From assembly GCA_047495785.1 (NCBI GenBank), contig JBLDXI010000015.1, positions 62,001 through 126,000 on the forward strand: 64,000 nucleotides of DNA, written 5' to 3'. Every line of letters begins with the position of its first letter. Positions within the stretch are counted from its first letter, which is position 1. The notes under the pieces were generated by a model that was not told the origin of the DNA, ran no database searches, and saw only the letters and a program-made list of their open reading frames with translations. Positions 1-11,828 of this stretch are shown here, one piece after another. A program made the translations under genes and the position numbers. The stretch comes from Lepidodermella squamata. Its lineage: Eukaryota > Animalia > Gastrotricha.

Positions 1-2651
1 GGCGTATCGAGTAGGAGGACCGATAGGCTTCGATGTGTTTGTGTAGCCAAATCCAAGCCAGACGGCCCCAACATAGCCACGCTTTTGTCAAAACAAAGTT
101 ATCTGTCTGTTTGCTTGCAGTAGCGGTCGACTTTTACGGAAGCCGAGCCGATTTATACGTTTTGTTAGGGGTAAAGATGGCAAAAAGAGCAAGAACAACA
201 AGAAGAAACAAGAAAAACAAGAGATGCGACTTTGGGTAAAAATAAATTCAAAATTGGCTGGTATTGGTCGCAAAAAAAAATAAATAAGAACAGGAAGGAA
301 AAAGTGGGATATCTAGGGGGGCCAAAATGAATATGGTAAGGACAGTAACGGAGCTAGTAGTCGAGCCGAATGAAGATGATAATTATTAAAACCTAAACAA
401 ATTTAACCAGAACGGCAGCCGTAGTAGCAGCAACAGCAAAGCAGTGAAGCAGTTGCGGCTGTAATGGCCTTGACGGCGATCGTGAAGGTAACAACACTAA
501 CGCAAACGGAAACAAAAACGGCAACAAAAACAACAAAAGTAAAAACAGCAGTAACAACACCAGCAAATTGTCGTGTAGCGTGCGACTGCTAGTGTAGCTC
601 CTGTTAACAACTGCCACCGGTCCAAGATGGCAACGGCAGCGGCAGATAGCGGTAGATGACTCGATTTGTTGCTCAGGATTCGAATACGATTCTGCTCAAC
701 GAGATGTTGTTCCGATGCAGCAGGACCTGGCATGCCGAATCAACAAGCAATGGTTAACAATAAGTTGATCTATAGGAATGTGAAAATTAGAATTTAACAA
801 TTGGATAGATTAACAGTTTTGAGTAATAAGTAAGCAGTTGGCAATTAAATAAGTAAACCAGAAACTCTTAATGCTTAATGCTACTAGGTTCTTGAGCAGT
901 TCATAGGTGCTAGGCGCGCATGCGAGCGAAGGGGTATGTTACGAATCATTAAGCCGTTGTTAGCTGACCATGAAAGACCGGCTTCGTCAACTTTCGCATC
1001 ATTGAAATGCGAAGCAACGTCACGTGGAGGTACCCATCTGACGCGAGGTACTCTTTCACCTCGGACCTGTCGCACTCGTAGGTATAAAAAGATCAATAAT
1101 TGAATAAAAAATGCATTATTTCAAAATTGTAAGATGCAGCTCGAAAGTTCTCGGAATAAAAAGTGCCGGCTAGCGGCTCGAGGTTGAGGTGGCTGTCAAA
1201 TTCAGCTATAATTGTGGTGGTGGTATTACAAATGTTATAGTCCATCATGCGGCGATCTTTGGCCGGACGTTTCCACTTATCGAAACACTAGCGAGTACTT
1301 GATAATTGTGAACTCGAATGGTGTCTCCGATGTTCAATTTTGAGTGGAGCGTGTCACCGGCTGATGACCAGTTTCTGACTGGCTCCACCGCTTGAAATTT
1401 GCCGCATTTTCTGACTGTCGGCGGCATCGTAAACAGTTCGAATAGCAAGAAACATTGCCGAAATGAAGGTCTCTAGCGTCGGCGTGAATGGCCCGAGGCT
1501 TTGTAGGGCGAGAAACGTGTGCGTTGTGACATCCTTTCGTGAAAATGAAAATGAATGATTGTTATCATTTGGCAGGTTCAATATTTCTATGTTGTGAGAC
1601 TTACTTTGTTAAAAAACACTGAAGGCGTGTCTTTGACACGCAAGCGCATTAACTGCCGCCGCCATCTAGCGAACGGCGTTTGCCTGCTGGCTCGCCGGGT
1701 GCGCCGTTGACAGGCCGCAGAACCAAGTTGGTGCCGACTAGGCGTAGCGTCGTCGAAGTACCAGCAGAAGCAGGTGCTGCATTGCACGAAAAATTAAAAC
1801 AAAATCAGAAACAAAAATGAGGACTGTCGAGTAGTCCAGTAGTTTCTGATCAGAATTGTAAGAGTGAGAGATAGCACCCTTAAAAAGTTCTCGCAGGGGT
1901 CGTTCCATCGAACACCGAACAGAAAAGCGATAACACTCGCGACCGGTCAAAAAACTGTGAGCGGTTGCACACAAGAAAAGCTGTCATAGCAATGAAACTG
2001 CTTCAGCGGCTTCCCAACAAAACGCCGCGAAAAAGGTGTTTGAGGAGCAGCGTAATTAGCTACAAGCGAGGTCAAACGTAGGCATTTTTCATCATCTATT
2101 CGCCTGATGATAATAATAGAAGAAATTGAAAAAAAATCCAGGTCTAGGCCATTTGCCGGCACGACGTCATCCGGGCTGAAAATGACGCCCCGCCAATTGA
2201 CCGATTTGAGAATGGCGTGGTCAACACCCCTGAAGGCTTCGTCGAAAGCTTTCAGCAACTTGATGATTAAACTCATTGAATTCAAGTATTGAAATATATT
2301 GCTTATCAAACCTGATTTATAGTGTTAATTGCTCTAAAAAGATTTGCATTCTTTACTTCAGACTTTCGTGCTACACGATTTCGATCGAGCTGCTGCTATC
2401 GAGCTGATGTCGTCAATATAGAAATGGAGTCGAATCTGACTAATCTGACAATTATTATTTGCTAAATTTGGATTTTCATGATTTTAAATAGGAATGAACG
2501 ATCAAATTTTGCAAAATAATGTTTTACTATTTCATTTTGTAGATGACGTGATCAGTAGTCACAGTTTTACTTACACTTGAGTTGTAGTGTGGCGAGCAGC
2601 AGAGAGTGAGAGAGAGGCTGTGTGTTTGTATAAGCAGCGGGAGGCATCATA

Positions 2652-5600
2652 ATGGAACGCGGTGGTTTTCTGTGCAAAGGCTCGATCCTGCACGAGCCGT
2701 TCTACAACGGCATCGGCATCCGCAACTACGCGCAGTTCTACGCCCGCCAGAAGGACAACGCGGCGCACATCGAACGCCTCGCGCTCTGGCGCCGCCTCGA
2801 CGTCCACGAGGGCTGCGTCAACTCGGTCGCGTGGAATGAAACCGGCACAAGGTATGCAGCTTTGTATCTCCTAATTTGTTCTTACCCCTGACCCTCATCA
2901 TGGTTTCGTAGGTTGTTGTCCGGTTCAGACGACCATCGCCTCGTCATCTCGGACCCGTTTGCAGGCCGAACGGTAAGAGTCAAAATCTCTGATCGATTTT
3001 TTTAGTGAATGGCTGGCTGTAAATTACAGGTTGTGTCGATAACATCTGGGCATCGCGCCAATATCTTCGCGGCGGCGTTTTTCCCGCAGAGCGACGACCG
3101 CCAGGTGATATCGTGCTGCGGCGCCGGCGAAATTCGCTACACGATCGTCGATCGGCCGGACACGCACGGCAAGCCGAGTGGGCTCTTCGACTGCCACTTC
3201 GGCACCACCTACGACGTAAGTTATCAGTCTATCGAGTCAATTTTATCAAATAAAAAGTGAGGAACGCTTTCAGAGTAGTTTCTTCGGCAACATTTGAGCC
3301 GGCGAAATTTTGGGTTTTTTTCTGAAATTGGTCGGAACCACTGGATAAAACTTCGAAATTTTTAGAATTTTATCGTACTGGTCAGTCCAAATCTAGTGAC
3401 TAATACCACTTTGTAGTGAATGATGAATGATGAATTGGATCCGTTTAAACTTTGAAACTTTTCACTGCCGAATATGTTTCCAGCCGAGCCAAAAAATCAA
3501 ATTTTCGAATTTGTGAATTTTCAAGCAAAGATGAATCTTTTCGGAAACTCGGCACCTATGTGCTATACTAGGGACTCATTCGCACAGAAAAAAGTCTTCA
3601 GTTTGGCGGTACTTGAAATTAGCTCAGTCGAAATTCCGAATTTGCGATGGTTGAAATTCAACCGAATCCCGTTCGGCAAATGGTTGAGATTCTTCGAAAA
3701 TTTGTTGAAACAATTCCATCGGACTCGTTTGATTTGACCGATTTTAATTTTATTCTAACGTATTTCATAGGTTGTGACCGTGCCATCGGAGCCGCACGTG
3801 TTTCTGTCGTGCGGCGAGGACAACACAGTGCGGGTGTTCGACCTGCGCCAGAAAACGAGCTGCTGCAAGCGCAACTGCAACGACGACGTGCTGATCCGGT
3901 TCCGGAAGGGGGTCACCGCCCTGTCGGTGAACCCGCGCCACTCGTACTACCTGGCGACGGGCTCGTCCGACTCGGTAGTGCGCGTGTTCGATCGTCGCAT
4001 GTTGTCGCCGCCGCGGGCTCACGGCGATTTCTCGACGCTCGGCGTGGTTTGCCAGTTCCGCCCGCCGTCGATGATGGCCGACGTGCTAGCCGCCTCGTCG
4101 AATAACCAACTGAGCAACAGTGGCAACCCGGGGCAATCATCTGCGATGGGTGCTGCTGGCAGCCTGTCGTGTCCGATCACGTGTGTGCGGTTCGCGGACG
4201 ACGGCGACGAGTGCCTCGTGTCGTACTCGGGCGAGCAGTTGTACCTGTTCAGCACGCGCCGGCCGCTCTCCATCGACGAAGTGCGCCGGTTGAGCACCAC
4301 CACTACCGATGATTTGTCCCCCTCGTCGAAACCACAGTCTGGTAGCAGTAGTAGTGCTCAGTCTAACCAGCAGCAGGTGAAGCGGCTGCGGCTTCGCGGC
4401 GACTGGTCTGACACTGGGCCGTTGGCGAGACCGGAGGCCGAACGGCAGAACCACGCGCCGGCGAATGAGGCCGAGCAGCGGGAACAGCGGTTCTACAACA
4501 CGATGCAGCGCGTGTCGGACATGTTGACGACGTGGCTGGTCAGCTACATGAACCGAACTGGCGGCAATACAACTGGAGATGGCAGCCAACAGCAGTCACA
4601 GCAACAGCAACCGGCTGTTCGGACGTTGAACGATGCGATGATGGCGCAACTTCTCGCTGGGTCGGCGTCTGTCGTCGCTGCTGCGCCTCGATCACCGCCA
4701 ACCGTCGCCCGGGCACCCTCTCAGCCGAGATCAGCCTCGTCATCCAATATCAACAACAATGATGAAGCCGCAGCAGCAGCAGCAGGTAGTAGTGGAGCGT
4801 TGATGATGCGTGATCGGTCGTCGCGATCGCCATCGACCGGCTCGTCGTCTACAGCTTCTTCAACGCGGTCTTCGACGTCATCGTCTGTTCAGCAGTCGGA
4901 TTCGGACGAAGCGGCGGCGGCAGCGACTGCGAACAGCAACAGGTCGTTGGAGGCGGCTCGCAACGAAGCTGCTCTCACTATGCAGCGATATTTCCGGCGA
5001 CGGGCCAAGGAGAAGCGCCGCCAGCACCGCGAATGGGTACGTCCCATTTCATAGTACTTGGCAAGTTAAAACACCATGAGGCGATATTAGAATATAGCAA
5101 CGATTAGTATTAGATAATTCACTAATTCTAGATGTTGTGAGATGGACGAATCGATTGATTGAATAGAAGATAGATTCAAGGGAATGTGACTCGTTTCGAG
5201 GGAATCGAGTTTGAAAATTCGAAGCCAATTTTTGAATGAAGGGCGCCAAATGTTCTGCTGTTGCTGGTTTGGTTCGAGTTTTTCAGCTTGGTCAATCGCA
5301 GACCAAACTTGAGAGCCGTGTTGTTCTGTAATGAGTCGGTTACCGCGGATTTGATAGTTCAGGTCCATTGAATTGGCGTAAATTGATTGTTGAAGCTGAC
5401 TTTCCAGCGCTTAGTTCATGATGGTGAGTAGTCTGGTTCTTTTGTTGCCAGACCTTGTTGGCGTTTGTGAAAACTCTGATAATCTCCCGCCAGGATTGTT
5501 CCTATATTAGGAGAGGAACATAGCATTGATATAATTTTTATTACCAAGTCTCCCTCACGTTCGCCTTCCATTTCCTTATTGGAATAGACAAGAGCAACGA

Positions 5601-6674
5601 AGCTCTTCAAAAAAGGATTCGAGTCGGCTTAAGCGTTTGCAATCGGCTTGCTGTTTACTGACAAGGGGAGTTAATTGATCTTCGAGTTCGGATAACCGCT
5701 TCTCAAGACGTGCGATCGTCGCCTCGGTTTGGACGGGCTCGGTCTCGTCCTCTTCGTCCCTCATTGTGTTTATGAATTTTTAACGAGTTTTTTCGAAGAA
5801 AATGCACATTGCTTTGAGAATGGAAGTTGAATGCGTTTCCATTACAGTTGGAAGTAATTTGTGGATTTAGAAAAGTTTCACAATCAGCCTGTTCGAAGAG
5901 CCGTGAAGGTATGTATAGCTCAGGACTTGAATGAGCAACAGCCTAGTCGTTTACTGGTTGAAATCGAGAGGATCTGAACTAAGCGTAATAAGAGTCGAGT
6001 TTCTGAGAAACCATTCTAAGAAATAGCCTAGATCACTCTTCGAATACCTAATTGGTTTATAATTTTTTTAGGCTGAGGTTCCGCACTGCCGCGTCGTGAC
6101 GCAGTACAGCGGCCACCGCAGCGTGCGGACGATGATCAAGGAGGCGAATTTCTGGGGCGACAAGTACGTCGTGTCCGGCTCGGATTGCGGCAACGTCTTC
6201 GTGTGGAACCGCGAAACCGCCGCCATCGTCCAGGTTAGTCCCACTTTTCTAAGTACAATTTGAGAAATAGCAACATGCCTCAAATTTGACCAAATTTCGT
6301 TAATTGCTGTGTTAATACCGTATGCACAGGTGCTCGAGGCGGACCGCCACGTGGTGAACTGCGTACAGCCGCATGCGACGCTGCCCGTACTGGCAACGTC
6401 GGGCATCGACTACGACATCAAGCTGTTCGCGCCCATCCTCGCCGAGCCGCAGACGCAGGCCATTGCGGAGCGGGCGGCCGAGTTCTCGCGCCGCAACCGC
6501 GTCATGCTCGAGGAGTCGCGCGACACGCTGACGGTGCCGGCGTCGTTCATGCTGCGCGTCCTCGCCGCCTTCAACCACCTAAACAGCAATAGCAACGCCC
6601 TCAACAGCAACAGCGGCAGTGAGGCCGGCAGTTCGCCGACTGGTGGCCGTGATCCAGGACCGCCCACCGCCTAG
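2652..6674 (+). CDS. DCAF6: DDB1- and CUL4-associated factor 6 (WD40 + IQ motif), 6 exons, ~739 aa
   Basis: Exons 2652-2851, 2912-2972, 3030-3215, 3771-5036, 6072-6233, 6330-6674; all GT-AG and phase-consistent. Motifs: [42 protein letters not shown]-like [62 protein letters not shown]. Confidence 0.93.
5240..5764 (-). mobile_element. Degenerate non-LTR retrotransposon ORF1-like fragment in DCAF6 intron 4
   Basis: Broken minus-strand frames give a coiled coil ([15 protein letters not shown]...RLSRLE), then [15 protein letters not shown] and [12 protein letters not shown]. This resembles the CR1/L2-type ORF1 layout; it contains stops and frameshifts. Confidence 0.35.
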
Positions 6675-8077
6675 CTATCTCTCTTTTTTCATGAAAAATA
6701 CTCGAGTGACCATGTATCACAGATTGACTATTGACTATTTTTGTTTATACATGTAGAAGAAATCTATCATCTGTGAGTGAGTGACACACGCGAATTTGGT
6801 AGTTCTTTTTAGTGCCTCCATAGTCCAGTGATTTGTCATTTTTTAATTACATACGAATGCTTTATTTTTTCTCGCGATTGATTGCTTGATTATTTATCTT
6901 CGGAAATCTTCTTTTTTTCGATTATAATTATTATTCCATTTTTCTTCTGAATGAAATTACGTCTATATACGAAGATGCAAATCAGACCAATTGTGTTTCT
7001 TTTTCGTACCTCGCTCTCGAATGTTAATTCTCCGCGCCTCTCTGATCACCGCAATTCGAGCATTGTTTGATTTTTCATTTTCTTGCGCGAAGCATTATTT
7101 CTCTCACACATTTCGATGAATAAAACAAAAAACCGCTCAAATGTATCATCATCATCATCAATCACTCGTTTGTTGAAACTTGTCATCATGTCCATTCTTT
7201 GTGAATGATAATATTTTACTACATTTTTTCTCCTCGACTTCATGATATATAATGTGTAACCGCACTCTAGTTTTGCGATCGTCTACAATCCTTGTTTTTG
7301 GTAAAGTTTGAATTTGAGCCTCTCTCCATCCATTCTGCGTTTGTTGCAGCCTGTACTGATTGCGTGTTGAATCTAAACATGTCTTCTCAGTTGTTTTCGC
7401 CTGAAAACAGCTTATTTTTACGATGTTCGATGATGGACGACGATGTGGATTCGCTGATTTTTTGTGACCTGTTTTATCTGCTAACACTGTAAACTGACAT
7501 GCGAAGAAAAGAAAAAAAAATAAAGAAACCACGAGACTCCAGCTGATTCAGATCTTTTTTGATTTTTCAATTCAATTTTGGTTAGGAAAGTTTTCCAAAA
7601 AGATCAGAGCATCTTTGTAAATACCAGTCCCAAGTACCATTCAAGGTTTTCTAATGAAAAAAACGCGTGATATTTCATTTGAAATAGAGAACCGAAGTTT
7701 ACTTTTTGCCTCTTCATTCTTCCATCAGATAACACAAGTAGCAAAATATAAATTAAGTAGTATTCACTCGATTGCTTCCGGCTGTTCTTTTTTGTATAAA
7801 AAGATAGAGATGATGATGATGGCGAGAGAAATATCACCGCTGCAAGGTTTTTGCTCATGCTGCTCACACTGAAAATTCTCATTCTGTTTCAAACAAGTTT
7901 GACAATGCCGTTACGTAAAAAATGTTCAAATATTCTGGGAAATTTGCTGGGATTCTGTTGTGGGTGTGTAGGTTCTGCTCGAATAATGAGGATCGAATTC
8001 TCGGGAATAAGGCCGTGGTTGCGGTGTCTATAATTACTGACGTGGTTTTATATGATATAATCTTGTTGCCGATGTGA

Positions 8078-8104
8078 TGAATGAATGAATGAATGAATGA
8101 ATGA
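8078..8104. repeat. (GAAT)n microsatellite immediately 3' of the GPCR stop codon
   Basis: About 6-7 tandem gaat units read directly. Confidence 0.9.
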
Positions 8105-8105
8105 A

Positions 8106-11100
8106 CTAGAGGCGCAACAGCGCCTTGAAAGCCTGTCGAAAGTCAGCACTGGTAACTGTGTAGATGATCGGATTTAGCATCGAATTCGAATAACCTATGA
8201 AAGAATACCATTTCAAAAGCATTCTGGTCTTCATTATAAGTTTACCTAGCCAAGTGACGGCAGTTCGGACGAGCGGGTGCGGCGGCAGAAACGAGTCGCA
8301 GCTGCACAACGGTGTCACCAGCTCGATGACAAAGTACGGCAGCCAGCACACGATGAACAGCGACGTCACGATCAGCAGCACCGCCGCCGTTTTGTCCTGC
8401 CTCGTGCGCCACATCTGCGACCGGTCACTGATCGACCCGGCGGTGAGTGAGCTGCCCAGGGGCAGGGCCGAGGCCGCCGCCGACTCGAGAGTCGTCGACC
8501 GACGCGCCGAGTTGCGCAGCCGCTTCACCAGCGCTTTCGGCGGCGGTGGCGTCTTCTCCTTCTTCTGCTTCTTAATCTTTTCCTTCTTGTTCTTCGTATT
8601 CTTACTCGGTTCTTCGTTGGACGAAGACGACGGCGGCGGAGGCGGCGGTGCTGCTGGTGCTGCTCCGCTGTTGCCGCTGCTCGTCTGTTCGCGCAGTTTC
8701 TGCAGCTCGGCGAAGGCGGCCCGCGAGAAGCGCCGGTGGTGCGGCGACGACAGCCGCGGGTCGACCATCGGCGTGAAGTCGCAGTGGTCGACGGCGACCG
8801 CCATCAGCGCCATGGCGACGCTGATTTTCGGCGAGTCGCGGTGCGACACGTGCGTTGCGCTGCGCTTGAACAACCCGAACACGCGCTTCGACGACTCAGC
8901 CTCGGCGACCTCGAGCGTCGACCGGCTCTTGAATGTCAACTTTTTCTCTGGCGCTTTTCTCAAGACCGGAGTCGAGTTGGCCGACGCCGAGCCTTGCCTG
9001 GTGGCGTCAGGCGGCTTTTTCAACTCGGCGGCGCTGGAGATGCGCTGAGGCGGCGCCAAGGTGATAGCCACGGCAGTGGGTTCTGAGGGTGAGCGGGGCG
9101 GCGCGTCTGTCTGGGCGCCGCTCGATTTCAGCGGCGGCAGCGGATCGGTTTGCAACTGCTTGTTGGCCGCGCCGCCGTCGCCACCGCCGCAACTTTGCAG
9201 CGGCGAAGTGAGCGTGTCCGGCGACGAGTTCAGCGCCAAACTGCTCGGCGTCACGTGGTTGAGCAGCGGTTTCTCCGACGGCGGCGGCGAGTTCTGCTGA
9301 CCCGCGTTGGCGGGTGGAGCTCGCAGGGTGACGGTGCGTCGCGGCAGGTGCTTCATCCGCGAATCGTTGCTCTCGTCTCGAGGCGCCGCCTGGATGCTAG
9401 ACGACCGTTTTTGCTTCGCATTAGCAGCAGCAGCAGCGGCTTTTGCAGCCTTGGACTTGTACGTCTCGTCGACGGTTTGCACTGAGTCGAGGCGCTGCAC
9501 CGGGTCGCCGGCAGGTGTCGCCGCTTCCGAAAACGCCGTCAACCGGGCTTTGCTGCAAAAATTGACAAATATTATTACTCGACACGGCTCGATTCGCTTT
9601 CAAACAGCTATAAAGGCAATACCGCCTTTCAATCAATAGATCTAGTGTTCTTGTTTCATAATTGATGAACGAGCTCATTTTCATTCAACCTATTGTGTAT
9701 AATAAATTGGAACATGACATTCCTATTCTTGTTTTCGTCTACTACCATCTACGGAATAATTAATTGAGACATGAAGGCGACAAAACTTTAAAAAAATTCG
9801 TGACGAAATTACCTTAATGCTGCGGCGTTGAGTCTCGCATTGATGCGCTTCTTCACCTCGACGTACACCTTGATGTAGACGGCGACGATGAGCGCCGTCG
9901 GGGCGTAGAACGCGATTGTCGTGCCGAAGACGGCGAAGAGCGGGTCGCCGGACACGACGCACGCGCCAATTTTCGACGCGCGCATTTCCGGGTCGCGCCA
10001 GCCCAGCAGCGGCAGCACGGACAACGCCGCTGCGGTCAGCCACGCCGCCACCAGCATCGCATTCACGCAACGGGCTCGGATCTGGAAGTACGTCAGCCGC
10101 GTCGCCGACATGTACCGGTCGACTGCGATAGCTGTGGAGAAAAACAAGCAAAACTGTGTAATTGGCAGTGTCGGCAATTTAGAGCTGAGAGGACTCTGGA
10201 GCTAGTCTGATGCACAGCAAATTTATAAATTTTGGAATTTTCCATTATCGTGCCTAAAATCAAAGTTGAAAACCAAAATCCCAGGGTTAACATTATCGAT
10301 CAAGAAAGGAAAAGTCGAAACCGCAAAAATCAGAAAATTCAGTGCTAAAATGCTTAAATTTATAGCTGGAGCCTCTTTCTCAGTTGTGCAAATAGTTCGA
10401 ACCTTAATCAATCGAAAGATAAAAATACTTAAGTAATAGAAGTATCGTTTTTGGTCCTGCGAATTTTCCGAACCCGAACCAGTAATCGGAATGAACAATT
10501 GATGTATGGAGAAAATTCGTAGCGAAAATATTCATTTCTTCGTTACTTTAGGTAAGCCTTTCGGACAGACCATATTCAGAAGGGAGTTCCAGAATCGCCG
10601 AAAATTCTCTGATTTTCCAATTCATTGAACAGTTCGAAATTCGAAACAGCCTAAAATTCCTGAAAATCCGCGAATTTATACCCTTTCGGCCCAGACTTCG
10701 AGAGCCCAGTTTTTCGTATAACCTTGGCATTGATGGCTAAAAGTGCTAAAATTGCTTTGAAATGAGATTCCTAACTTGGGAAAATCCTATATAGCCGTAG
10801 AAATGATACAATACCTAGCAAGTGTAGGATGGAGGCGGTGCAAAAGTTGACGTCGAGGAAGACGAAGGCGTCGCACATGCCGTCGCCGAGGAACCACGTC
10901 GCGGACAGCTCGTTGAGCAGCGACAGCGGCATGACGAACAGCGAGACGAGGAGGCCGGCGACGGCGAGGCTGGCGACGGTGCGGTTGACGACGGTCTTGC
11001 GCAGCGCCGGCTGCGTCGCCACCGCCACGATCACCAGCACGTTGCCGAGCATCGTCAGCGTCGTCAGCGTGCCCAGCACGAGCAGCGTCGGCCAGAAGCG

Positions 11101-11828
11101 GTACGCCGCGTAGAACCGAGCCGATATTTCCGCCTCCGACTCAACGCCAGGCGTCGAAGCGTTGTTATGCAGAGACCACTGAGAGGTGCTGCCTCGGGAC
11201 GACGGCGATTGAGGCGAGATGGGTATTGCTATGACGGCGGCTTTCACGTTGTAGCCGTACTGCTGCGTGTAGGACGGCGTCGCGGGCGGGGACGCCTCGG
11301 CATACCGATCTTCCGAAGGCACACTGAAAATTATAAGATAACAGTCCAGTTGAATAATTTCTCATATTCGGAGAGCACAACGAAAATTTTGAATATTTCC
11401 AGGAAAAAGACGTAGTTGAAAGTGTGGATGAGAGTCACGCCGAGTTGACAGTTCAATAATGATAATAATATTTAGAAAGAGCAGGTGTAGGTTACGTCCG
11501 ATCATTGACTTACTTCGACGAATAGATCAAATCGCTGAAAATTGAATAGATGTCAGAAGACATGAGTCACATTCCATCATTATAGTAGGGACACTACGAC
11601 TTTAAATAAAAAACCGAATCCAGTAGCACATAATAATAGCATTCATCTTTCGTCTCTCGTTTTTTTTCTCTTCCGGCTGAGTGAATTATAAAAAATCCAG
11701 CAGTCATTAGCGATGATGACCGTGAACAAGTGAACAAAGAAAAGACTCTGCATACAGTGATTTAATTATTTGGCGACTTACTTGATGTGGAGGTAGATGG
11801 TGGGCACAGTGAGGTCTGGCGCCAGCAT
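8106..11828 (-). CDS. Class A aminergic GPCR (serotonin/tyramine/octopamine receptor-like) with a very long third intracellular loop, ~763 aa
   Basis: Exons 11828-11782, 11534-11514 (microexon), 11323-10815, 10131-9813, 9552-8246, 8194-8106; phase-consistent. TM1 GNVLVI, TM3 CDAFVFLDVNFCTASILHL (D3.32 present), AIAVDRY, TM5 AFYAP, TM6 CWLPYF, TM7 WLGYSNSMLNPIIY. The two 5' exons are less certain than the 7TM core. Confidence 0.9.

Noticed and set aside
1-760. Low-complexity ORFs and a minus-strand ATG at 74 open to the window edge
   Set aside because: Possibly the 5' end of a gene outside the window, but no recognisable motif or reliable splice model.
880-2330. Moderately GC-rich stretch with several ORFs upstream of DCAF6
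   Set aside because: May be a decayed element, but I found no transposase or RT motif.
8195-8245. 17-aa insertion in GPCR TM7 shown in the ORF track
   Set aside because: It is a 51-nt GT-AG intron that lacks a stop; removing it restores WLGYSNS.
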